Of a stretch of DNA of 28,149 bases, positions 1 to 9,698 are shown one piece after another. A model generated the notes under the pieces. That model had not been told where the DNA came from and made no database searches. It saw only the letters and a list, made by a program, of their open reading frames with translations. The stretch's first letter is position 1, and every line of letters begins with the position of its first letter. The stretch is from Gammaproteobacteria bacterium (GTDB lineage: Bacteria; Pseudomonadota; Gammaproteobacteria; Tenderiales; Tenderiaceae), in NCBI GenBank assembly GCA_050301075.1, contig JBNKYV010000093.1:1-28149 (forward strand), given 5' to 3'. Made by a program: the position numbers and the translations under genes.

Positions 1-691
<691 letters not shown>

Positions 692-733
692 GTCGCCCAT
701 AGGTCTTAGGCTTAGAAATTTAGTTGGATTTTG

Positions 734-742
734 TGGCATAAT
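734..742 (+). promoter_or_regulatory. Candidate extended -10 sigma70 promoter for rpoZ-spoT
   Basis: TG-G-CATAAT (TG 734-735, -10 at 737-742) in the 95-bp gmk-rpoZ gap, followed by a GC-rich discriminator-like TGCCGA. No convincing -35. Confidence 0.4.
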
Positions 743-786
743 TGCCGATTCGTTTTGAGAACCTTATTTTTGGAGAGTGATTCGCC

Positions 787-1080
787 ATGGCACGTGTAAC
801 CGTTGAAGATTGTCTGGGTAAAGTTAACAACCGTTTCGAACTGGTTTTGACCGCCACCAAACGTGCTCGCCAGCTGGCTCATGGTAAAGAGGCTCTGGTT
901 GAGTGGGAAAACGATAAACCCACTGTTGTTGCTCTGCGTGAGATTGCTGAAAACAAGATCTCTGCTGAAATGCTAGCGGAAGAGGAACGCCGTGAAGCTG
1001 AAGAATCTTCTGTAACTTCTGAAGATGAAGTGGCCGCTGAAATTGGCCAAATGCTGGAAGAGGGCGGTAACGCAGCTTGA
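787..1080 (+). CDS. rpoZ: RNA polymerase omega subunit
   Basis: [25 protein letters not shown] and [11 protein letters not shown]; GGAG SD upstream; acidic C-terminal tail. Confidence 0.98.
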   Translation: MARVTVEDCLGKVNNRFELVLTATKRARQLAHGKEALVEWENDKPTVVALREIAENKISAEMLAEEERREAEESSVTSEDEVAAEIGQMLEEGGNAA

Positions 1081-1106
1081 TCGCCGTTTGATTTAAGAGG
1101 TGATGT

Positions 1107-3332
1107 TTGAATACTCCTAAATCATCGGTTGAAGTTCCAGCTTCATCGCAAGAGCACTTGGCCCCGCTATTTACGGGGCTACGTGCCGAGCTAGAAAAAT
1201 ATCTTGAGCTCGGCCAAGTCGAAGACGCCTACCGGGCCTTTCTTTTTGGGGCCGAAGCGCACAAAGATCAAAAGCGCAAATCGGGCGAACCCTACATAAT
1301 CCATCCTGTCGCCGTTGCCGAATATATGGCGGAGATGCGTTTCGATTACGAAACCATTGTCGCGGCGATATTGCATGATGTTATTGAAGACACCCCCGTC
1401 ACCAAAGATGACATCACCCAACGTTTCGGTGAAGAGGTCGCGGATCTGGTTGATGGCGTCACCAAGCTGACTCAAATCACATTTGAGAGCAAGGCCGAAG
1501 CTGAGGCGGAAAACTTTCGCAAAATGTTGTTGGCCATGGTGCGCGATATTCGCGTCATGCTTATTAAACTGGCTGACCGTCGCCACAACATGCAAACCCT
1601 GGGGGTAATGCGGCCGGATAAACGTCGCCGTATCGCCCGCGAAACACTTGATATCTATGTGCCCATCGCCAATCGCCTTGGTTTGAACTCCTTGCGCTTG
1701 GAGTTGGAGGACTTGGGATTTGCAGCGCTCTACCCGGATCGTTATCGCGTCATTTCCGAGGCAGTGAAAAAAGCGCGCGGTAATCGTCGCGAGATCGTTG
1801 ACAAGATTCAAACAGGTATCACTGAGCGTCTGGAGCAAGAAAAGCTGCAAGGACGAATCGCCGGACGCGAAAAGCATCTCTACAGCATCTATCAAAAAAT
1901 GCGTGGCAAGCATCTGCCGTTTAATGAAGTGTACGATGTGTTTGCATTCCGCATCACCGTAGACTCGGTGGATATGTGTTACCGCGTATTGGGGGCGGTG
2001 CACAACCTCTATAAGCCTGTGCCGGGCAAATTTAAAGATTACATTGCTATTCCCAAAGCCAATGGCTACCAATCACTGCATACCGTTTTATTTGGTCCGT
2101 ACGGTGTGCCGATTGAAGTCCAGATCAGAACCGAGGATATGGATAAAGTAGCCGACGCCGGGGTTGCCGCACACTGGTTATACAAAGGCGGTGATGATGG
2201 CAAGTTTGGCGCCCATTTTCGCGTGCGTGAATGGATGCGTAACGTGCTGGAGATGCAGCAAAGTGCCGGTAACTCCATGGAGTTTCTGGAGAACGTTAAG
2301 ATCGATCTATTCCCGCACGAGGTTTACGTCTTTACGCCCAAAGGCAAAATCATGGTGCTTAAACGTGGCGCCACTCCAGTGGATTTCGCCTACGCCGTGC
2401 ATACGGATGTAGGGGACCGTTGTGTGGCGGCAAAGATCAATCGTCGTTTGGCGCCATTGCGTACACCGTTGATGAATGGCCAAACAGTTGAAATCGTGAC
2501 AGCCAGTACCGCACACCCCAACCCTACCTGGCTTAACTTTGTTGTGACCGGTAAGGCGCGCGCCAACATTCGTCATTACCTGAAGAACCTGCGCTCTGAT
2601 GAGGCGGTTGCCTTGGGTAAACGTTTGTTGGATAACGAGCTAGCGGCGAATTCGCTGTCTGTGGATACGTTGCCGGCGGTTGAGGTCGATCGCTTACTCA
2701 AAGAGTTGAAGCTGGATTCGCTGAACGAGTTACTGGCGCAGATTGGTTTGGGTGAGCGCATGGCATTGCTGGTCTCTAGACGTCTGGTGCCAGAAATAAC
2801 GCAAAAAGTACCAGCAAAAGGCGGCTTGAAAGAGGCCTTGATTCGTTACGTGCCGGCTTGGCTGAAGGGCGACAAAGAGAACACGACGCGTCCGTTGATG
2901 ATTCGTGGTACCGAGGGCATGGTGGTTAACTTTGCCAAGTGTTGTCGCCCGATTCCTGGCGACCCTATTCTCGGTTTTGTTACCTCGGGGCGCGGTATTG
3001 TGATCCATACAGAGTCGTGCAAAAACGTAGCAGAATATCGTAAGCTGCCGGAGAAGTGGCTCGATGTACAGTGGGAAGACAATGTTAAAGGTGAATTCCC
3101 AGTTGAAGTGCGTGTCGATGTACTGAATCAGCGTGGTGTACTAGCAACGGTTGCTGCCGCGATTGCCGAGCTGGGTGCGAACATCGACAACATGAATGTT
3201 GAAGAGCGCGATGGTCGTCAGAGTAGTATGACGGTTGTGCTTGAAGTGAGTGGTCGTCAGCATCTGGCCAACATCATGCGCCGTATTCGTACCATCGAGC
3301 CGGTAATGCGCATCTCCAGAACACGCGGTTAA
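1107..3332 (+). CDS. spoT: Bifunctional (p)ppGpp synthetase/hydrolase SpoT
   Basis: Intact HD hydrolase motif (ILHDVIEDT, EPYIIHP); synthetase motifs KFKDYIA, GYQSLHT, EVQIRT; TGS (DFAYAVHT); CC/ZFD (AKCCRPIPGD); ACT C-terminus. TTG start 6 nt after the core of the SD GAGGTGAT (1097-1104). Confidence 0.97.
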   Translation: MNTPKSSVEVPASSQEHLAPLFTGLRAELEKYLELGQVEDAYRAFLFGAEAHKDQKRKSGEPYIIHPVAVAEYMAEMRFDYETIVAAILHDVIEDTPVTKDDITQRFGEEVADLVDGVTKLTQITFESKAEAEAENFRKMLLAMVRDIRVMLIKLADRRHNMQTLGVMRPDKRRRIARETLDIYVPIANRLGLNSLRLELEDLGFAALYPDRYRVISEAVKKARGNRREIVDKIQTGITERLEQEKLQGRIAGREKHLYSIYQKMRGKHLPFNEVYDVFAFRITVDSVDMCYRVLGAVHNLYKPVPGKFKDYIAIPKANGYQSLHTVLFGPYGVPIEVQIRTEDMDKVADAGVAAHWLYKGGDDGKFGAHFRVREWMRNVLEMQQSAGNSMEFLENVKIDLFPHEVYVFTPKGKIMVLKRGATPVDFAYAVHTDVGDRCVAAKINRRLAPLRTPLMNGQTVEIVTASTAHPNPTWLNFVVTGKARANIRHYLKNLRSDEAVALGKRLLDNELAANSLSVDTLPAVEVDRLLKELKLDSLNELLAQIGLGERMALLVSRRLVPEITQKVPAKGGLKEALIRYVPAWLKGDKENTTRPLMIRGTEGMVVNFAKCCRPIPGDPILGFVTSGRGIVIHTESCKNVAEYRKLPEKWLDVQWEDNVKGEFPVEVRVDVLNQRGVLATVAAAIAELGANIDNMNVEERDGRQSSMTVVLEVSGRQHLANIMRRIRTIEPVMRISRTRG

Positions 3333-3374
3333 TCATTAAAAAATTTCATTTCTCAATTTTCGAAAGGATTTGTC

Positions 3375-3761
3375 ATGGCGCGGGAAATTATCAGTACCGA
3401 TAAGGCACCAAAGGCGATTGGTACCTATTCTCAAGCGGTTAAAGTAGGTTCGACTGTTTACCTGTCTGGCCAGATTCCTCTGGTGCCAGAGACCATGGAG
3501 ATGGTTGATGGTGATATGGAAGCGCAGATTCGTCGCGTGTTCGATAACTTGAAAGCGGTTGCCGAAGCGGCGGGTGGTAGCTTGGCGGATATCGCGAAAC
3601 TGAATATCTTCCTGACTGATCTGAGCCATTTCCAATTGGTAAATATGGTAATGGGCGATTATTTCGAACAGCCTTATCCTGCGCGTGCCGCTATCGGTGT
3701 TGCTTCTTTGCCTAAAGATGCGCCAGTCGAAATGGATGGCGTCATGGAGCTGGATAACTAA
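3375..3761 (+). CDS. ridA: RidA/YjgF family enamine/imine deaminase
   Basis: [31 protein letters not shown] (catalytic Arg), VEMDG; common spoT-ridA-recG order. Confidence 0.93.
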   Translation: MAREIISTDKAPKAIGTYSQAVKVGSTVYLSGQIPLVPETMEMVDGDMEAQIRRVFDNLKAVAEAAGGSLADIAKLNIFLTDLSHFQLVNMVMGDYFEQPYPARAAIGVASLPKDAPVEMDGVMELDN

Positions 3762-3764
3762 CAG

Positions 3765-3825
3765 CGGCTGCTTCCCGAGGGAGGTCGGCCGTATCAGTAA
3801 ATGAGGCGGATATTCTCCGTCTCAT
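3765..3825 (+). other. Two tandem stem-loops in the ridA-recG spacer
   Basis: Hairpin 1 (3765-3791): CGGCTG-CTTCC-[CGAG]-GGAGG-T-CGGCCG. Hairpin 2 (3801-3825): ATGAGGCGGA-[TATTC]-TCCGTCTCAT, a 10-bp stem with one G:U. Neither has a U-tract, so I do not call them intrinsic terminators. Confidence 0.5.
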
Positions 3826-3858
3826 GCTCCCTCAATGCCGTGTGGTGATTGCCACATC

Positions 3859-5943
3859 ATGCCTCTTTCTGCACCTCTTACCACACTGAAAGGCGTTGGT
3901 CCGCGTATGGCGGAGCGTCTTGAGCGTCTAGGATTACGCTGTGTAGAGGACCTGCTTTTTCACCTGCCCTACCGTTATCAAGATCGTACGCATGTGTACC
4001 CCATTGGTACTTTGCGCCCCCGGCAAGAAGCGGTGATTGAAGGTGAAGTGCAAGCCGCAGATATCAAATTTGGTAAACGTCGCTCGTTGTTAGTGAGGTT
4101 GAGTGACGGTACTGGCAGTATCATGCTGCGCTTTTTTCATTTTTCCAAACAGCAACAATCCGCAATGGAGCGTGGTACACGTTTGCGTTGTTTTGGTGAG
4201 GTGCGCCATGGCCCCGCCATGCTGGAGCTGGTGCATCCTGAATATCAGCGTGTCTCCGAACAGGGGAGTACTGTTGAAGATCATTTGACGCCGCTGTATC
4301 CGGCGACTGAAGGCATGTCACAAAAGAGTTTGCGCCAGCTGGCGCTGCAGGCCTTGAGCCGTCTCGATGATGGCAGTGTAAAAGAGTTTTTGCCTGCGGA
4401 TATTCTGGCCGAAAAGCAGATGCCAACCTTGGTTGAGGCGCTTCACTATGTTCACCAGCCGCCGCCCGATGCGCCTATCGATTTGTTAATGGATGGCGCG
4501 CATCCTGCCCAGCAGCGTTTGGCCTTTGAAGAGCTATTGGCGCATCACTTGAGTTTGCGATTGCTGCGTAACAAGGTGCAGCGTTTTGCGGCACCTGCTA
4601 TTGAGGTATCTGGGGAATTATTGGAAAGGTTGGTGGCGGCTTTGCCGTTTGCGCTAACTAACGCCCAGCAACGCGTTATTAAAGAGATCTTTGCCGATAT
4701 CGCTCAGCCAGTGCCTATGCAGCGTTTGGTGCAGGGGGATGTGGGGTCGGGCAAAACCGTAGTGGCAGCGGCGGCGGCGGTAGAGGCTGTGGCCGCTGGT
4801 TTTCAGGTGGCGGTGATGGCGCCTACCGAATTGCTGGCCGAGCAACATTATCGAAATTTTTGTTCCTGGCTGGAGCCTCTGGATATTCAGGTGGCCTGGT
4901 TTTCTGGCAAACAGGGGGTAAAGGCGCGTCGTGAGGCGCTGGGAATGTTATCCACTGGCGCTGCTCGCGTAGCAGTGGGTACGCATGCGCTGTTTCAGGA
5001 TGATGTGTTATTTGAATCGCTGGGGCTGGTGATTGTCGATGAGCAGCATCGCTTTGGGGTGCACCAGCGCTTGGCGCTGCGAGAAAAGGGGCGCAGTAAT
5101 CAGGATGGACAGGAGCTGATGCCTCATCAATTGATTATGACGGCGACACCGATTCCGCGTACCTTGGCGATGACGGCCTATGCCGATCTGGATAGCTCAG
5201 TGATCGATGAGCTGCCACCCGGTCGTACGCCGGTGGAGACGGTGGTGCTCTCGGACGAGCGCCGCGAAGAGGTGGTGGCTCATGTGCACAATGCCTGCGC
5301 GAGCGAAGGTCGGCAGGCCTATTGGGTCTGTACCCTAATCGAAGAGTCTGAGGTGCTGCAGTGTCAGGCGGCAGAAGATACGGCTGCCTTGTTAAAGGAG
5401 GCATTGATTGGTCTGCGTGTGGGGCTGGTTCACGGCCGTATGAAGTCTGCCGACAAAGAGGCGGTGATGGCTCAGTTCAAATCGGGTGAGTTGGATCTGC
5501 TGGTAGCAACAACGGTTATTGAAGTCGGTGTGGATGTGCCTAATGCCAGTTTGATGATCATTGAGAATGCCGAGCGCCTGGGCTTGGCGCAATTGCATCA
5601 ATTGCGTGGTCGAGTTGGGCGTGGAAGCGTCAGTAGTAGTTGTGTTTTGATGTATCATAAGCCCCTGTCTGAATTGGGTAAATCGCGCTTGGCCGTGATG
5701 CGCGAGACCAATGATGGTTTCGAAATCGCCCAGCGTGATTTGGAGTTGCGTGGCCCCGGCGAGGTGCTGGGTACGCGACAAAGTGGTTTGATGCGCATGA
5801 GGGTGGCCAATTTGGAACGGGATAAAGCGCTTTTGCCGCAGGTTGCAGAGGTGGCGCAACGTCTGCAGCACGAGGCTCCACAGAGTGTTGAGCCAATGAT
5901 TACGCGTTGGCTGGGGCAAGGGCAGCAGTATGGCGATGTATAG
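3859..5943 (+). CDS. recG: ATP-dependent DNA helicase RecG
   Basis: LKGVGP N-terminus, wedge domain, QGDVGSGKT, DEQH, TATPIPRT, QLRGRVGRG, TRG motif DLELRGPGE. ATG 3859 (MPLSAPL) preferred over the track's 3835. Confidence 0.98.
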   Translation: MPLSAPLTTLKGVGPRMAERLERLGLRCVEDLLFHLPYRYQDRTHVYPIGTLRPRQEAVIEGEVQAADIKFGKRRSLLVRLSDGTGSIMLRFFHFSKQQQSAMERGTRLRCFGEVRHGPAMLELVHPEYQRVSEQGSTVEDHLTPLYPATEGMSQKSLRQLALQALSRLDDGSVKEFLPADILAEKQMPTLVEALHYVHQPPPDAPIDLLMDGAHPAQQRLAFEELLAHHLSLRLLRNKVQRFAAPAIEVSGELLERLVAALPFALTNAQQRVIKEIFADIAQPVPMQRLVQGDVGSGKTVVAAAAAVEAVAAGFQVAVMAPTELLAEQHYRNFCSWLEPLDIQVAWFSGKQGVKARREALGMLSTGAARVAVGTHALFQDDVLFESLGLVIVDEQHRFGVHQRLALREKGRSNQDGQELMPHQLIMTATPIPRTLAMTAYADLDSSVIDELPPGRTPVETVVLSDERREEVVAHVHNACASEGRQAYWVCTLIEESEVLQCQAAEDTAALLKEALIGLRVGLVHGRMKSADKEAVMAQFKSGELDLLVATTVIEVGVDVPNASLMIIENAERLGLAQLHQLRGRVGRGSVSSSCVLMYHKPLSELGKSRLAVMRETNDGFEIAQRDLELRGPGEVLGTRQSGLMRMRVANLERDKALLPQVAEVAQRLQHEAPQSVEPMITRWLGQGQQYGDV

Positions 5944-6006
5944 CTCGCAGCTGTTATTTGAACAAGTATTTTGAACGGGAATTTGGGATAAGCGAAAAGT
6001 TTGCTT

Positions 6007-6885
6007 ATGCAGCAGTCTCAAGAATTTAAACTGGATCGTTATCGCTTGCAGCAATATAAGCTGCTGATGCGCCTTGATCGGCCCATCGGTATCTTTCTCT
6101 TGTTGTGGCCAACGCTTTGGGCGTTATGGATTGCCGGCGAAGGCAAGCCTGACCTGTGGGTGATGACGGTTTTTATACTGGGTGTCATTTTGATGCGCTC
6201 TTCTGGTTGTGTCATCAATGATTACGCCGATCGCGACTTTGATCGCTATGTGGCGCGCACCGCGGATCGGCCGCTGACCGCCGGCAAAGTGGGCGAGAAG
6301 GAGACGCTGATATTGTTCGTGGTGCTATCGCTGATTGCCTTTGGGCTGGTGTTGACGCTCAATTGGCTTACCGTTGGCATGTCTGTGGTTGGTGCTGTCC
6401 TGGCGGGTACTTACCCGTTCATGAAGCGCCACACTTATCTGCCACAGGCCTATCTTGGTCTGGCCTTTGGTTGGTCTGTGCCGATGGCCTTCGCTGCGCA
6501 GACGGGCGAGGTGCCCGTGGTCGCCTGGTTGATGCTGTTGGCGACGGTGCTCTGGGCAACCGCATACGATACAATGTACGCCATGGTGGATCGGCCAGAT
6601 GATCTGAAAATTGGCGTGAAATCAACGGCCATCCTGTTTGGTCACGCAGATCGCGTCATTATCGGCATTATTCAAGCGATGATGTTGGCGGTGTTGATCA
6701 TTATCGGTCAGCGCCTGCACTTGGGGACGATCTACTTTTTTAGTCTTGTGGTGGCGATGGGGTTGATGCTCTATCAACAGTACCTGATCAAAGACCGTGA
6801 TGGTATGCAGTGCTTTAAGGCCTTTTTAAATAACAATTGGGTCGGCATAGCTGTCTTTGCGGGCATTGTCGGCCACTACATCTAA
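6007..6885 (+). CDS. ubiA: 4-hydroxybenzoate polyprenyltransferase
   Basis: LMRLDRPIG, Asp-rich motifs NDYADRDFD and [26 protein letters not shown] at 6007 (the track starts at TTG 6001). Confidence 0.97.
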   Translation: MQQSQEFKLDRYRLQQYKLLMRLDRPIGIFLLLWPTLWALWIAGEGKPDLWVMTVFILGVILMRSSGCVINDYADRDFDRYVARTADRPLTAGKVGEKETLILFVVLSLIAFGLVLTLNWLTVGMSVVGAVLAGTYPFMKRHTYLPQAYLGLAFGWSVPMAFAAQTGEVPVVAWLMLLATVLWATAYDTMYAMVDRPDDLKIGVKSTAILFGHADRVIIGIIQAMMLAVLIIIGQRLHLGTIYFFSLVVAMGLMLYQQYLIKDRDGMQCFKAFLNNNWVGIAVFAGIVGHYI

Positions 6886-6918
6886 CCTAATTTATTTTCT
6901 TACGAGTTACGTTTCGAA

Positions 6919-7890
6919 ATGTTGTTATCAGTTGCAGCGGTGATTGCCGGGTTTGTCTTTTTGGTATGGGGCGCAGAGCGCTGTGTGATGGGCGCGTCAG
7001 CCACGGCAAGAAACTTTGGCGTGTCGCCAATGATCATAGGCCTAACTATTGTGGGGTTTGGTACCTCAGCGCCCGAGATGCTGGTGGCGGGTGTTGCTGC
7101 ATCGGATGGCAATCCCGGGTTGGCGATTGGTAATGCACTAGGGTCAAACATTACTAACATCGCTTTGGTGCTGGGTGCGACAGCAGTGGTGGCTGCATTA
7201 ACAGTGGCGTCTGATACTGTGCGCCGTGAGATCCCGATTCTATTGGCGGTATGTCTATTCGCTTACTGGTTGATGAGTGATGGCGTGCTGGGCTTCTGGG
7301 ATGGTCTGCTGTTGATGGGTGGCATGATTGTAATGATCGTATTGGTTGTTATGTTGGGGATGAAGTCCGCCAAAGATGACCCAGCAGAGGCAGAGTTCGA
7401 CGAAGAAATTCCTGAAGGTATGCCGATGGCCAAGGCCATCTTTTGGACGGTATTCGGCATCATTGTCTTGCTGGCCAGTTCTAAAATATTGGTTTGGGGG
7501 GCTGTGAATATCGCTCAGGAGTTTGGTGTTTCTGATCTGATTATTGGTTTGACCATCGTTGCAATCGGCACCAGTATGCCGGAGTTGATGGCCTCTATCA
7601 TGAGCGCCTTGAAGAACGAGCACGACCTGGCTATCGGTAACATCATCGGTTCCAATATGTTTAACCTGCTGGGCGTTATGGCGTTGCCGGGTCTTATTGC
7701 GCCGGGCGCGTTTGATGCGGATGTGTTGAATCGTGACTTTCCTTGGATGATTGGTTTAACGCTGGCACTGTTTGTCATGGCCTACGGTTTTCGTGGCCCA
7801 GGCAAAATCAATCGCTGGGAAGGTCTGGTTTTGTTATCTGCCTACGTTGGGTATATGGTATGGCTATATCAATCAGCAGTGGCTGCGTAA
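6919..7890 (+). CDS. yrbG: Calcium/sodium (CaCA family) antiporter, YrbG-like
   Basis: Two alpha-repeats GFGTSAPE / AIGTSMPE with GNALGSNITN / GNIIGSNMFN; about 10 TM helices; upstream of kdsD as in E. coli. Confidence 0.9.
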   Translation: MLLSVAAVIAGFVFLVWGAERCVMGASATARNFGVSPMIIGLTIVGFGTSAPEMLVAGVAASDGNPGLAIGNALGSNITNIALVLGATAVVAALTVASDTVRREIPILLAVCLFAYWLMSDGVLGFWDGLLLMGGMIVMIVLVVMLGMKSAKDDPAEAEFDEEIPEGMPMAKAIFWTVFGIIVLLASSKILVWGAVNIAQEFGVSDLIIGLTIVAIGTSMPELMASIMSALKNEHDLAIGNIIGSNMFNLLGVMALPGLIAPGAFDADVLNRDFPWMIGLTLALFVMAYGFRGPGKINRWEGLVLLSAYVGYMVWLYQSAVAA

Positions 7891-7899
7891 GGAATTGTA

Positions 7900-8097
7900 A
7901 TGGCGACACAAGAATTTAAAGTGGCAAATGTTAAATGCGGTGGTTGTGCTGCAAACATCGAGAAAGGCTTGGCGGAGATCTGCGGTGTAGAAAAGATCGC
8001 GGTTGATGTTGCCAGCGGCGCGGTGGTTGTCGAAGGCGATGCTGCGCGCGATGCATTGATTGCCAAACTGGCTGAGCTGGGTTACCCAGAGCTTTAA
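7900..8097 (+). CDS. Small heavy-metal-associated (HMA, CopZ-like) domain protein
   Basis: 65 aa; NVKCGGC (CxxC) after beta1; C-terminal LAELGY typical of HMA folds; AAGG SD; tight spacing to both neighbours. Confidence 0.85.
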   Translation: MATQEFKVANVKCGGCAANIEKGLAEICGVEKIAVDVASGAVVVEGDAARDALIAKLAELGYPEL

Positions 8098-8121
8098 TTG
8101 GGTTGCAAATAAGGTATAGCT

Positions 8122-9129
8122 TTGAAAGCAGAACGTAACGATGTAACCCTGTCTCGTGAAGAGCAGGATAAGCTGCTGTCGCTAGGGCGTGCGGTGATTG
8201 ATATCGAGTCCAAGGCTGTTGCTGATCTGACTGGTCGTATCGACGAAAACTTTGTACATGCCTGTGAATACATGCTTGCCTGCAGTGGGCGCATTGTTGT
8301 GCTGGGCATGGGCAAGTCCGGACATATTGGCAGCAAAATCGCTGCGACATTGGCGAGCACTGGCTCGCCTGCATTTTTTGTTCACCCCGGCGAAGCCAGT
8401 CATGGTGATCTGGGGATGATCACCACTAAAGATGTCGTGTTGGCCTTTTCCAACTCGGGTGAAACAGAAGAGATTCTCACCATCCTACCGTTGATCAAGC
8501 GTCTTGGCGTGCCATTGATCTCTGTTACGGGTAATCCTTCCTCTACCTTGGCTAAAGGTGCGGATGTGCATCTGGATGTAACGGTTGAGCAAGAGGCTTG
8601 CCCGCTCGGTTTGGCGCCCACTTCCAGTACTACAGCCTCATTGGTGATGGGGGATGCCCTAGCTGTTGCGATGTTGGAACACCGCGGTTTTACCGCAGAA
8701 GATTTCGCCCGCTCTCATCCTGGTGGTCGTTTAGGACGCCGTTTGTTGATTTTGATTCGAGACATCATGCACGCGGGCGATGATCTGCCTATCGTCAGAG
8801 ATAATGTGCCTCTGGTGGATGCATTGATGGAAATGTCCAACAAAAGTCTGGGCATGACCGCAGTGTTGGATGGCAATGATAAATTGGTTGGTGTGTTTAC
8901 CGACGGTGACTTGCGTCGTGCCGTAGATAAAGGCATGGATATCTATAAAGCAGGTGTGGCCGAGGTAATGACCAAGGGCGGAAAAACAGTTGCCCCTGAC
9001 GATCTGGCTGTTGAAGCTTTGCGTTTGATGGAGACGCATAAAATCAACGCTCTGTTGGTTGTAGATGAAGATAAGAATCTGGTGGGTGCATTGAATATGC
9101 ACGATCTACTGCGGGCTGGCGTGGTTTAA
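8122..9129 (+). CDS. kdsD: Arabinose-5-phosphate isomerase (KpsF/GutQ family, SIS + 2 CBS)
   Basis: GMGKSGHIG, HPGEASHGDLG, EACPLGLAPTSST, RSHPGGRLG, two C-terminal CBS domains. TTG start. Confidence 0.96.
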   Translation: MKAERNDVTLSREEQDKLLSLGRAVIDIESKAVADLTGRIDENFVHACEYMLACSGRIVVLGMGKSGHIGSKIAATLASTGSPAFFVHPGEASHGDLGMITTKDVVLAFSNSGETEEILTILPLIKRLGVPLISVTGNPSSTLAKGADVHLDVTVEQEACPLGLAPTSSTTASLVMGDALAVAMLEHRGFTAEDFARSHPGGRLGRRLLILIRDIMHAGDDLPIVRDNVPLVDALMEMSNKSLGMTAVLDGNDKLVGVFTDGDLRRAVDKGMDIYKAGVAEVMTKGGKTVAPDDLAVEALRLMETHKINALLVVDEDKNLVGALNMHDLLRAGVV

Positions 9130-9160
9130 TAACAACACAAATAAAAAACGGAATTCGACT

Positions 9161-9688
9161 ATGCAAGACATTCTTGATCGCGCAGCGCGTATAAAAGCCA
9201 TCATCTTTGATGTGGACGGCGTCCTCACTGATGGCGGTTTGATCATGGATAAAGATGGTCACGAATATAAGAAGTTTAATTCGCGCGATGGTCATGGCAT
9301 GAAAATGCTGCAAGAGACTGGTGTGACTGTGGCAATTATCACAGGCCGGACCTCTGACGTGGTGACTCATCGTATGAATGGTCTGGGTGTTGAGCACGTC
9401 TATCAAGGCCAGCATGACAAGCGCGTTGCATTTGCCGAATTAATGGATAAGTTAGGTATCAGTGCCGATGAAGTTGCTTACGTTGGAGACGATATTGTTG
9501 ATCTGCCAGTGATGCGTCAGGTTGGTTTGGCAGTAGCCGTGCAGGATGCGCATCAGGCAGTAAAAAAACATGCCCATTGGCAAACACCAAGCAACGGTGG
9601 TTGTGGGGCTGCACGTGATATCTGTGAGTTGATTATGGAGGCGCAAGGTACGCTGGCTGAGCAAATGGCCAAGTACATGGCGGACTAA
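9161..9688 (+). CDS. kdsC: KDO 8-phosphate phosphatase (HAD family)
   Basis: FDVDGVLTDG, IITGR, AYVGDDIVD, GG.GA.R..CE; follows kdsD. Confidence 0.95.
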   Translation: MQDILDRAARIKAIIFDVDGVLTDGGLIMDKDGHEYKKFNSRDGHGMKMLQETGVTVAIITGRTSDVVTHRMNGLGVEHVYQGQHDKRVAFAELMDKLGISADEVAYVGDDIVDLPVMRQVGLAVAVQDAHQAVKKHAHWQTPSNGGCGAARDICELIMEAQGTLAEQMAKYMAD

Positions 9689-9698
9689 TAACAACGGT

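Noticed and set aside
734-746. TGGCATAATTGC resembling a sigma54 -24/-12 site
   Set aside because: GG and GC are 7 nt apart; sigma54 strictly needs GG-N10-GC.
1980-2060. SpoT synthetase motif reads KFKD rather than RxKD
   Set aside because: Conservative basic substitution; the remaining synthetase and hydrolase motifs are intact.
1191-2072. 293-aa antisense ORF inside spoT
   Set aside because: It lies entirely opposite a conserved gene, has no recognisable motif, and is the expected shadow ORF from codon bias.
5392-6054. 220-aa antisense ORF over the recG 3' end and ubiA start
   Set aside because: Shadow of recG; no motif or RBS support.
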